Part shown: one piece after another, positions 6,401-11,382 of the stretch | How the letters are laid out: every line of letters begins with the position of its first letter | Numbering within the stretch: the stretch's first letter is position 1 | Source of the DNA: a candidate division FCPU426 bacterium | GTDB lineage: Bacteria; Oederibacteriota; JAAXVQ01; JAUVAV01 | NCBI GenBank assembly: GCA_030637655.1 | Contig: DAOWGI010000101.1 | Location: forward strand, 1-11,382 | Reading direction: 5' to 3' | DNA: 11,382 nt | Notes under the pieces: model-generated | The model's input: the letters and a program-made list of their open reading frames with translations, nothing else | The model's database searches: none | What the model was told of the DNA's origin: nothing | Made by a program: the position numbers and the translations under genes

Positions 6401-8286
6401 TTAGCCGTCCAACCAGCCGCGAATGCTACCAACGCCCCGCCAAAAATGCAAGTCCGCAGCACTTTAGATGATATGACAGCCTCGGCCCGGCTTTGTTCCT
6501 CTTTGGTCTCCAGGCATTCTTTAATTTGACTTAATATATCAGGCGCGCCGGAGGAAGACGGTTTTAAGGAATAAAAAGCCAGCTTGGCATTTTTAAAGGA
6601 TATACTCTGAAGACATTCCGGCGATGTAATTAACTTCAGGTCTTTAGGCCCAATAACCGCGGCCAGGTGTATGTTTTTAAAAGGCAGAACCAGGGTCTGC
6701 TCCCCCTTAATTACAGCGTTCAAATCAGCCGCGATCCTTTTCGAGTTGGCAGCATAGGCTGCAATGGTCCGGGCAAATTTTTCTTTAAAGATCTCTCGTT
6801 TTTCTTTTGAAAAATAGGATCCCAGCCCGGCTTTTAAAGTAACATCCACGTGGTCCTGGAAAACCGGATCTTCCAATCCGGGCTGCAAACTTATAATATT
6901 CTGATTTTGGGCCAACAGCTTCTCCAGCGGAGTCCGTCTTTTTTGCAAGAGCGAAAAATAGGGATTAGCCACATCTGCCCGCCGCAAAGACGGCTTTACT
7001 GAAATATATGAAATACCCTGCCTACGCATCAGATCCAGCAAATGCCGGGTATGATAACCCCCGCTCACCAGAACCGCTATGGATGTCCGCTTTTCCTTCA
7101 TGCGCGCAAGCAGGTTGCGTATGAAATCCCGGCTGCGCAGATCCGCATTAGCGTAAAATTCCTCGACTTGTTTAAGATATTTTTCCAATTCATATACTTC
7201 AGGTTCCAGGGCCAAGTCCCCGCTTTGATCATGACGCCCAATAAAGGTCTGAAAGGTGTTGATTTTAAATAAATAGGACCTGTCCCGGTATTCAGATAAT
7301 TCATCGTTGGATACTGAAACATTAAGCAGCTTTTCCATAATATCCAGGCGGCGGTTAAGTTGGTCCAGGGACTGCTGATCAGAATGAGTATAGAGTCCTT
7401 CCCGCAGGTCTCTGTCCATCTGATCCATTTCCTGATAGAGCTTATCTGCGTCGATTTCACGCGCAAAAACCTTGGACTGCCCGGTGGCGTATTGAACCAA
7501 TTGGGCATATGCTTTCATGTTTAGTCCGGAGCGGGTGGCGGTTTTATATAGAGACCGGCAGTACTTAAAAAGAGAAAGTTCTCCTTTGCAAAAAGCCGTT
7601 CGTTTGGCATCAAAGGCTTGTAAGACAGGATGATATAGTGCAGGTTTAAGTTGCTCCAGCTTTTCGCGGATATCCCATACATACCCCTGGCTTTCGTTGT
7701 TGAGGAATCTCATGACGCACTCACGGCCGGCCTGGTAATGTTTGGCATTTTCAATGCCCACCAGGTCAATCGCATGCCGGCCTGTGGCTGCGTAAAACTC
7801 GGCCCCGGAAATTTTTCCCTGGCGCATGAAATGATCGCCCACCTCTTGTTTAACAGATTCAACTGGAAAAGTGGACAGCTTGGTGACATTAACCGGCTCG
7901 CTGGCGCCCTCGATGGCTGCCAGGCGCAAATTGTGACAGCCGGCTAAGTGGCCGATGATTTTGGCAATATGATTCTGCACTTCGTAGTTGCAGTGGAGGT
8001 CCTGGATATGCACGACCAGGCGGTCGCCCCCCCGGAAGGCGTGCACGGTCCGTCCATACTGTTCGGGAATCTCAACAAGTTGATTCAGGTATTGGATGGT
8101 TTGGGTCCCGGACACGTACGTTGCCCGCTCAAACGCCCAGGTCAGAAAAGGCAGAACAAAGGTCAGCGTCACCAGCAGCGCAATGGAGCGTGTACAAATC
8201 CGAAAATCCGGATGTTGCCACATGCTCAGCAAAAGGCGCGAACGCTTCAAAACTTCAATGGATTGACGAATATGAAGTAAATACAC
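487..8286 (-). CDS. Giant (2599 aa) multi-domain membrane-associated protein: signal/TM, TIKI/EreA/ChaN-like domain, TM cluster, two GNAT-like domains, zincin-like site, helical region, C-terminal TM region
   Basis: 7.8-kb uninterrupted ORF with GTG start, AGGGA SD-like motif 5 nt upstream and TGA stop. Hydrophobic aa ~33-51. Motifs HIQDLH (aa 93-98), IEGA and LVSGGYH (H412). Hydrophobic helices at aa ~612-705 and ~2018-2060. Internal duplication aa 799-941 / 1018-1147. FHELGE at H1334. The ORF is certain; domain names are inferred from motifs. An alternative start at M22 is possible. Confidence 0.93.
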   Translation of the reverse strand: MYLLHIRQSIEVLKRSRLLLSMWQHPDFRICTRSIALLVTLTFVLPFLTWAFERATYVSGTQTIQYLNQLVEIPEQYGRTVHAFRGGDRLVVHIQDLHCNYEVQNHIAKIIGHLAGCHNLRLAAIEGASEPVNVTKLSTFPVESVKQEVGDHFMRQGKISGAEFYAATGRHAIDLVGIENAKHYQAGRECVMRFLNNESQGYVWDIREKLEQLKPALYHPVLQAFDAKRTAFCKGELSLFKYCRSLYKTATRSGLNMKAYAQLVQYATGQSKVFAREIDADKLYQEMDQMDRDLREGLYTHSDQQSLDQLNRRLDIMEKLLNVSVSNDELSEYRDRSYLFKINTFQTFIGRHDQSGDLALEPEVYELEKYLKQVEEFYANADLRSRDFIRNLLARMKEKRTSIAVLVSGGYHTRHLLDLMRRQGISYISVKPSLRRADVANPYFSLLQKRRTPLEKLLAQNQNIISLQPGLEDPVFQDHVDVTLKAGLGSYFSKEKREIFKEKFARTIAAYAANSKRIAADLNAVIKGEQTLVLPFKNIHLAAVIGPKDLKLITSPECLQSISFKNAKLAFYSLKPSSSGAPDILSQIKECLETKEEQSRAEAVISSKVLRTCIFGGALVAFAAGWTAKYLRHAPGMNFDKIKQAFNKAFLQPAQGKIKPAFHLLIAGVMSLGIVRSMIRGSVGMAPGLLMITLLILTVTVINYFSQYEIRWVQRIGDNLLFPRLAMVSSKENGSRVEKDKGEKAPDKVEYKEIRDWYEIMGSLKELDSTQERLGYRLVNQYNRELRLLDNVEENAAQQFSWNNLHITCFKRIFDYPTDRQGYVFSIENKKPDDKYDSTGSIGQGTINWEPEDPQLADFRFVMYSKPEKYLDFSGRGYEEQILYMIMHMATSRKLFRTSEINKLLFFKNTFDAYDARVEEIIELLTKIGYQETGEGYFYDLKSFDIPEYSVFKNVKVPQKLTSEKSGITVRILKHQYQKAIQIIGDMKEALEKDDLTLRKEGVHFRFYKNLIKTIFNQFNYKNIELTAFKIKDHRTEEHLLSIRNKNGDNIGLALVQRESENSDTVQFRFMIHKAYQDGEYIKPAFDLIVKLITAPGLLYKETSINKLRFTKKIPDILNEENWKKIHGFMSMQGAIEEGDGSLILELGEQRAPGDLPGDLKGDVEERAGIPNEIMDDLKSGGAMGRHAIRDVQPIGPNRVRVPANPYTSKGVVDESVEWEFEVTLAPLSEQMAADLKNDLELFKAIAKTGGLEDKDQEVIEEINARARAIMPQIDMNIDLQKNFPGMYVIEDVIVVSGPADAFLPGFSWDRVVAVDQNLMRYAPARVRRAALFHELGEGIEEHAYLRGLGKRERARMHILTTEQMGLAARALGSEAQDGLTEWLEAYKHGILMVENQLIPETDEDEILEYLSGMQKVAASAGLRIHMQVLAATPEQAEVLEILGFSAQESERKEKLREANNGLLWNEIRLNGEVREPETWERYSEIVVDSKSPFSFSGKKSLVLKVQTKPFIQRMKNKEAGLLLTVEDVRKALRDGDLGLAEWNLPLVFSPASVAPDEAKWLISDPELRQQQAAWSKARPPRPAEEEETGDRPAKTERQKAEDERIAKKAAERTAAEEVARVFTQELSSLAETELERLKGHKLTRALQDSERMTKYYELFNLLKNMRKQAQQEAKRMKIKPRAVAWTKVDYTPVLKDFFKIIEKISKEPKLMTPKQVNILMGRLERYEELVRTYLNGMAAYHRITDMSGVAMLNHGFYNEISNQVIRHASMLSAANKRVMTLCNGHLNSLGKSLQIYKTEVQKSEESGETALSVENIQAQLKKVGKALNNIYVFYSKHKNRMPTLYATLGMAYQEMKDAVRNMQQGSYTQEQLHQEILDFYIELSALVDYDSQFYWMEGIERPAEEYNNMIRQVDKTTKALFKAMGGENLDVKQYLGIRAGGVLCTSELKSQIPTEAIQRLAAALMDSTAPKDPVAAKKILDDLLGSKITKEFKPIAPQSSAKDQEDKGKRFDLNTNRWATLGWSALFVITVFAFGGLDAGWFAQIWMAIFGTGAVVYNSRWLPGWVAVNYARILRAGSVSKYLIDNEDFKNRISLQFDRPVDFTKLIETDQCFAKTEEDKIFFAQWLVQDIAWQLGTTWFQRAYLGSLQTINLFLRALLLPHVVAQERMRVAGLTDRSIYLNPILPLVYYLSELGHLASLRFTRLKTQKTSSLSDGLAGEYKQEKELKGTEQSHSGLAEEMRRDKEREPGGNIRFNQPLLKKSIRLFQIWRAPRQGVIFILACAFLFLQGVARAVPELRSGNIVDDGAVKKILADLKRRYFPDELESRTFNPSRIAGGFFTYPAPLSQIIFGRYSSVPGQYPALDLYRPLAQALALPAGPAHPFLVWRQKIAYMLAVQILRYRSAEYYEQTLEQQIQGQISEAFWKWSQAQPGFIQNQIHRLTHELNPAGYLYRIQKELHRELPGLAKQSNLAKALSNADSSESGSFTRSAREFTEGMWKFIASAKETEQRITELVYCSELLKKMKWVRSQPVAVWNGRQALFGSKQAGELVMPREWLLRAKKQGAIVDFLRTLPFRIDKLRRKLFWKPLRASPLNAA

Positions 8287-8334
8287 AGAATTCCCTAAAT
8301 ATAATATTATTTAATATTTAGATAAAATATAGCA
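8287..8334 (-). promoter_or_regulatory. Putative RBS, AT-rich inverted repeat and extended -10 for the giant gene
   Basis: Minus strand has TG-C-TATATT (8334-8326), an 8-bp IR ctaaatat/atatttag (8295-8302 / 8314-8321) and AGGGA before the GTG. No good -35, and the region is very AT-rich, so chance matches are likely. Confidence 0.3.
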
Positions 8335-8545
8335 CAATCAGCAACAAAAATAAATCCGCACGCCAAATAATATAGCTTTTTTAAATAATCATAATTGCTT
8401 TGTCTCACATTGCAACGCGTCTGTTTGTAAATCTATGCGGTTATTTTTACGCTTACTTTGGGGCACCAGCAAGCACAAAATACACAGAGATATCAATAAA
8501 AAATAAACACTTTCTATATTTTATTTTCACATTAATGGAATACGG

Positions 8546-8759
8546 GTAACTACTCAGGTCTGCAAGAAGCCGGGCGCTTTGGTCTTTTTTCAAGCGTGGC
8601 AGCGGTAACTGTGGAGATGTGGTTTAGAAAAGCATATCCCCCTATTGCCCATTACCAGCCTAGACCTTGGTTTTCCGCCTGGCAATGCTTGAAAAAAGAC
8701 CAAAGTGACCTGCCAGGCGTGAATATTTGAATACTTTCTTTACCCATCTGAGTAGTTAC
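8546..8759. mobile_element. 214-bp MITE with IS66-type ends and 8-bp target-site duplication
   Basis: Perfect 12-bp TIRs GTAACTACTCAG (8546-8557) and CTGAGTAGTTAC (8748-8759), flanked directly by gaatacgg at 8538-8545 and 8760-8767. GTAA termini with an 8-bp DR are established IS66-family traits. No transposase inside. Confidence 0.88.
8577..8705. repeat. Long internal inverted repeat inside the MITE
   Basis: ctttggtcttttttcaagc (8577-8595) is the exact reverse complement of gcttgaaaaaagaccaaag (8687-8705). Pairing continues imperfectly inward (gtggcagcgg with ccgcctggcaat). Confidence 0.85.
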
Positions 8760-8818
8760 GAATACGGATATATATTTGGTTTTGAAGTCTGTTGCGTATT
8801 TAACTTCTGCCATTCCTT

Positions 8819-8846
8819 CTTTATGTTCTCCGCGTCTCAGCGGTTA
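8819..8846 (-). repeat. Short tandem-subunit element just downstream of the barrel gene stop
   Basis: Minus strand reads TAACCGCTGAG-ACGCGGAG-AACATAAAG, with the same TAACCGC...ACGC... layout as 389-420. Confidence 0.45.
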
Positions 8847-8857
8847 TTGTTTTTGTT

Positions 8858-10768
8858 TTACCAGTTGGTAGGCATGGCACGGCGGGCTTTTTCTTTTTTC
8901 TCACACTCTGTTTTTAATTTCTTCATTTCGGGATATATTTTTTCCGCATATTCAATCGCTGTAGTGTAGTCTTCCCCTTTGAGAAGCACCTTGATTCCGG
9001 CTAAATCTTTTTTTAATACTGTCACTTTATTGGAGTAATATTTTTTGCCATTGAGTTTCTCAATATCCATCATCATCTTCACTGCCCGACCGTAGGCTCC
9101 GCGCGCGCGTTTGCGGTTTTTTACTTTGCTTGACGCTGATTTTGTTTTCACCACCGTGGGTTTAGCCTGAACTTTTTTAACTTTACTTTTTTGCCTGCGT
9201 GCTTGCGTGCGTTTCAAACGTTTTAAACGGGATCCAAAACGTCCTCTCTCTTTGATCACCGTCTGCGCCAGCACCAGTGCCCGATCGCTCTCGTTTCCGG
9301 CCAAGAGACGTTGTGCTTCGCTCAATTGTTTGCTCAGACGACGAATGTCCTTGGCAAAGGCTTGATTCAGCTTAGTATTCTGTTTGGCCTCGTCCAAGGC
9401 CTTCTTAGCCTGGCGAATGGCGCCGGCTGCCCTGCTTTTACTCTGTTGCCGGGCGCGTTGCGCTGCTTTTTTTTCTTTCCTGGCTTGCCGCTCCTTTTGA
9501 CGCTCGGACATATACTGCAACTGTTTCTCGACTTCTTTGAGCAAACGCGTTGCCCGTTGATGCGAGGGCATAATTTCCAGTGCTTTGCGGTAGGACGTGG
9601 CTGCACTGATATAATTACCGTTTATTTTAAAATCCCGGCCTTGCTTAATAAAAAATCCAGCCTCATTCTGGCGCCGGATTTGTTCATGCAGGTCATTGAT
9701 TCTTACCAGTAAATTAATATCTTCATCCAATACCTCCGCTGCTTCTTCCCAGGCTTCCAAAGCTTCTTTCAGTTTGCCGGCTTGCCTTTTTTCTTCTCCC
9801 AATTTCACTAAAATTTTAGCTTCCAAGACCCCCTCTGCTTCGATAGGAGTACTAAAAATAACACTGAAATTCACTTGATGAGTACCGCCGGCTTCTCCCA
9901 AACCGCCTAAGGGGTTTATAAAAGCATAATCAATCTGTCCGATCCATCCACTCTGTTCCAGCCGCAGGGATACACCCATGGTTAATTCGCTCAAATCCTG
10001 ATCACCAAATCCCAGACCTAAACGAGTGGCCATAACTGAGTTGAACCACCAAGCTTCTCCGCCCAGGGAAAAACGGTAGTGATTGTCAAAGAACATAAGT
10101 TCTGTAGTCCCCAGAAACGCTTCCCTGGTATACGCCCCACCCAAGCGAATTTTCATAGGCACAATGGAATCCCCAGTGCCCGAAGCCATGTTGGGTTGAT
10201 TGAGGTTTGAAAGTGAGAGTCCGGCCTTGAAATTTTGGATCAGATAGAAAATGCCACCCACATCCAAACCAAAACCCAGCTTGGATGTACCGGCATTAAA
10301 AAATGGATTCTGATTAATGGCTTCGGAGTCTTGAAAATCCTGATGCAGTATTTTCAGCGTACCACCGACAACATAATTTTCTTTCTCATCCAACGCCTTA
10401 CCATATCCTAAAGCGAAAATGTTTTCCTGATATAAATCGGTCAGGCTGCGCTGATACCAGGTAAAACCAAAGGTACCGACATTCCCCAAGGACTGGACAT
10501 ACCCCAAACGGCTGTCTGACAGATTCCCGTCATCCAGACCGGTCATGAGTTGTACATAATTAAAAGAAATAATTGAGGTCTCAATCAGCCCTAAGCCGGA
10601 CGGATTGTAGAACATGGCATCCGCATCATCAGCCACAGCACAGAAAGCCCCGCCCAGACCGGCAGCTCTGGCACCCGGACGCTCCAAATCAAAAGCAGAC
10701 CAAGCCACAACATGCAGACTGGCTAATAACACGCTAATACTGATGCAAAATAAAATGCGTTTCATCAA
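8858..10768 (-). CDS. PorV/PorP-SprF/UPF0164-like (FadL-type) outer-membrane beta-barrel with C-terminal TPRs, coiled coil and duplicated helical module
   Basis: Signal peptide aa 1-~24. GARAAGLGGAFCAVADDADAMFYNPSGL is the typical N-terminal signature of FadL/PorV-like barrels. Amphipathic beta-strands end at GTHQVNFSVIF (aa 305). TPR-like LGEEKRQAGKLKEALEAWEEA and QGRDFKINGNYISAATSYRKALEIMP. Start is TTG 10768 or ATG 10765; the SD (GAGGT) overlaps the upstream TGA. Confidence 0.88.
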   Translation of the reverse strand: MMKRILFCISISVLLASLHVVAWSAFDLERPGARAAGLGGAFCAVADDADAMFYNPSGLGLIETSIISFNYVQLMTGLDDGNLSDSRLGYVQSLGNVGTFGFTWYQRSLTDLYQENIFALGYGKALDEKENYVVGGTLKILHQDFQDSEAINQNPFFNAGTSKLGFGLDVGGIFYLIQNFKAGLSLSNLNQPNMASGTGDSIVPMKIRLGGAYTREAFLGTTELMFFDNHYRFSLGGEAWWFNSVMATRLGLGFGDQDLSELTMGVSLRLEQSGWIGQIDYAFINPLGGLGEAGGTHQVNFSVIFSTPIEAEGVLEAKILVKLGEEKRQAGKLKEALEAWEEAAEVLDEDINLLVRINDLHEQIRRQNEAGFFIKQGRDFKINGNYISAATSYRKALEIMPSHQRATRLLKEVEKQLQYMSERQKERQARKEKKAAQRARQQSKSRAAGAIRQAKKALDEAKQNTKLNQAFAKDIRRLSKQLSEAQRLLAGNESDRALVLAQTVIKERGRFGSRLKRLKRTQARRQKSKVKKVQAKPTVVKTKSASSKVKNRKRARGAYGRAVKMMMDIEKLNGKKYYSNKVTVLKKDLAGIKVLLKGEDYTTAIEYAEKIYPEMKKLKTECEKKEKARRAMPTNW

Positions 10769-10777
10769 TACCTAACC

Positions 10778-11380
10778 TCATCGTGCAATAACCACTGCAC
10801 CGCGCTGGTTACTATCACCCGCGCTAATTTGATAAATGTAAATACCACCCGTAAGCTTCCTGCCACCGGCATCCTCGCCATTCCACCGCACTGTGTAATT
10901 AGGAGCACTGCCTTCCGGGACCAGTTCAATTTGTAGGCGCCCATTGACTGAAAAAATACTCACTTTCACAAAATCACGTGGTACATCGGACTGGAAGGTA
11001 ATGACCAGCTCCTGGTTTATTGGTCCGGCCGGGGTAAAGGTCTTAGTATTAAATTGAACATTATCCAGGTTTTTGCCAATGCTGGTCACTGGGGTATCTG
11101 TAGGTGTTACTGCCTCTTCTGTAGGCGTGTAGGTTGTGGGTACCGCTTCTTCAGTATGCGTAAAGGTTGGCGTGGCTACTGCTTCTTCTGTATGTGTAAA
11201 GGTTGGCGTGGCTACTGCTTCTTCTGTATGCGTAAAGGTTGGCGTGGCTACTGCTTCTTCTGTATGCGTAAAAGTTGGTGTGGCTACTGCTTCTTCTGTA
11301 TGCGTAAAAGTTGGTGTGGCTACTGCTTCTTCTGTATGCGTAAAAGTTGGTGTGGCTACTGCTTCTTCTGTATGCGTAAA
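10778..11380 (-). CDS. 5'-truncated secreted protein with Thr/Pro repeat stalk and C-terminal FlgD-Ig / T9SS-CTD-like domain
   Basis: The frame stays open upstream of the tracked GTG (11089) to the window edge, reading (TFTHTEEAVATP)n. The C-terminus KTFTP...VKVSIFSVNGR...VRWNGEDAGGRKLTGGIYIYQISAG...GAVVIAR matches the FlgD-Ig / gliding-motility CTD pattern. Confidence 0.88.
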   Translation of the reverse strand, partial: FTHTEEAVATPTFTHTEEAVATPTFTHTEEAVATPTFTHTEEAVATPTFTHTEEAVATPTFTHTEEAVATPTFTHTEEAVPTTYTPTEEAVTPTDTPVTSIGKNLDNVQFNTKTFTPAGPINQELVITFQSDVPRDFVKVSIFSVNGRLQIELVPEGSAPNYTVRWNGEDAGGRKLTGGIYIYQISAGDSNQRGAVVIAR

Positions 11381-11382
11381 AG
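11108..11382 (-). repeat. In-frame 36-bp tandem repeat (12 aa, TFTHTEEAVATP), running off the window edge
   Basis: Units start at 11141, 11177, 11213, 11249, 11285, 11321 and 11357 (partial), plus a degenerate 33-bp unit at 11108. The units at 11249, 11285 and 11321 are identical. Confidence 0.95.

Noticed and set aside
487-8286. Giant ORF as NRPS/PKS, Rhs/YD, RTX or hemagglutinin adhesin
   Set aside because: None of the diagnostic motifs or repeats (A/C/KS domain cores, YD repeats, GGxGxD nonapeptides, beta-helix repeats) are present.
371-8321. Numerous plus-strand ORFs (e.g. 371-934, 1909-2448, 3416-4012, 4096-4563) and short alternative-frame minus ORFs
   Set aside because: They are antisense or out-of-frame shadows of the 2599-aa gene, have no recognisable motifs, and 371-934 begins within non-coding repeats.
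8560-8745. Riboswitch or known ncRNA in the giant gene leader
   Set aside because: I recognise no aptamer consensus. The structure is explained by the TIR/TSD-bounded element.
8727-9878. ORFs 8727-8969, 9311-9712, 9367-9606 and 9696-9878
   Set aside because: They overlap the barrel-TPR gene, and 8727-8969 starts inside the MITE. Composition is typical of shadow ORFs.
11087-11089. GTG at 11089 as the start of a 103-aa protein
   Set aside because: The frame is open upstream through the repeat to the window edge, with no SD or signal peptide at this position. It is an internal Val.
11141-11382. 36-bp repeats as a CRISPR array
   Set aside because: The units are directly abutting with no spacers, stay in frame, vary only at synonymous sites, and no cas genes are present.

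Overview
Bacterial window with three co-oriented minus-strand genes, read right to left. (1) A 5'-truncated secreted protein (open at the window edge) with a 36-bp/12-aa Thr/Pro tandem-repeat stalk and a C-terminal FlgD-Ig / T9SS-CTD-like domain. (2) A closely coupled 636-aa PorV/PorP(FadL-like) outer-membrane beta-barrel fused to TPRs and a duplicated helical module. (3) A 2599-aa giant multi-membrane protein: N-terminal TIKI/TraB/EreA/ChaN-like motif set (QDLH, IEG, R, GGYH), an AT-rich insert with two tandem GNAT-like domains, a HExxE-x4-H zincin-like site and a C-terminal -AA. Between genes 2 and 3 lies a complete 214-bp MITE with GTAA termini, 12-bp TIRs, a perfect 8-bp target-site duplication (IS66-type signature) and a long internal hairpin. 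The first 450 bp stack several families of palindromic repeats (GTAG-REPs, TGTC/CGTC-type REPs, ACAGGAT hairpin, degenerate direct repeats). By inference only, the gene set resembles diderm candidate phyla such as Elusimicrobiota, Omnitrophota or FCPU426. All domain calls come from reading motifs by eye; no database search was run.
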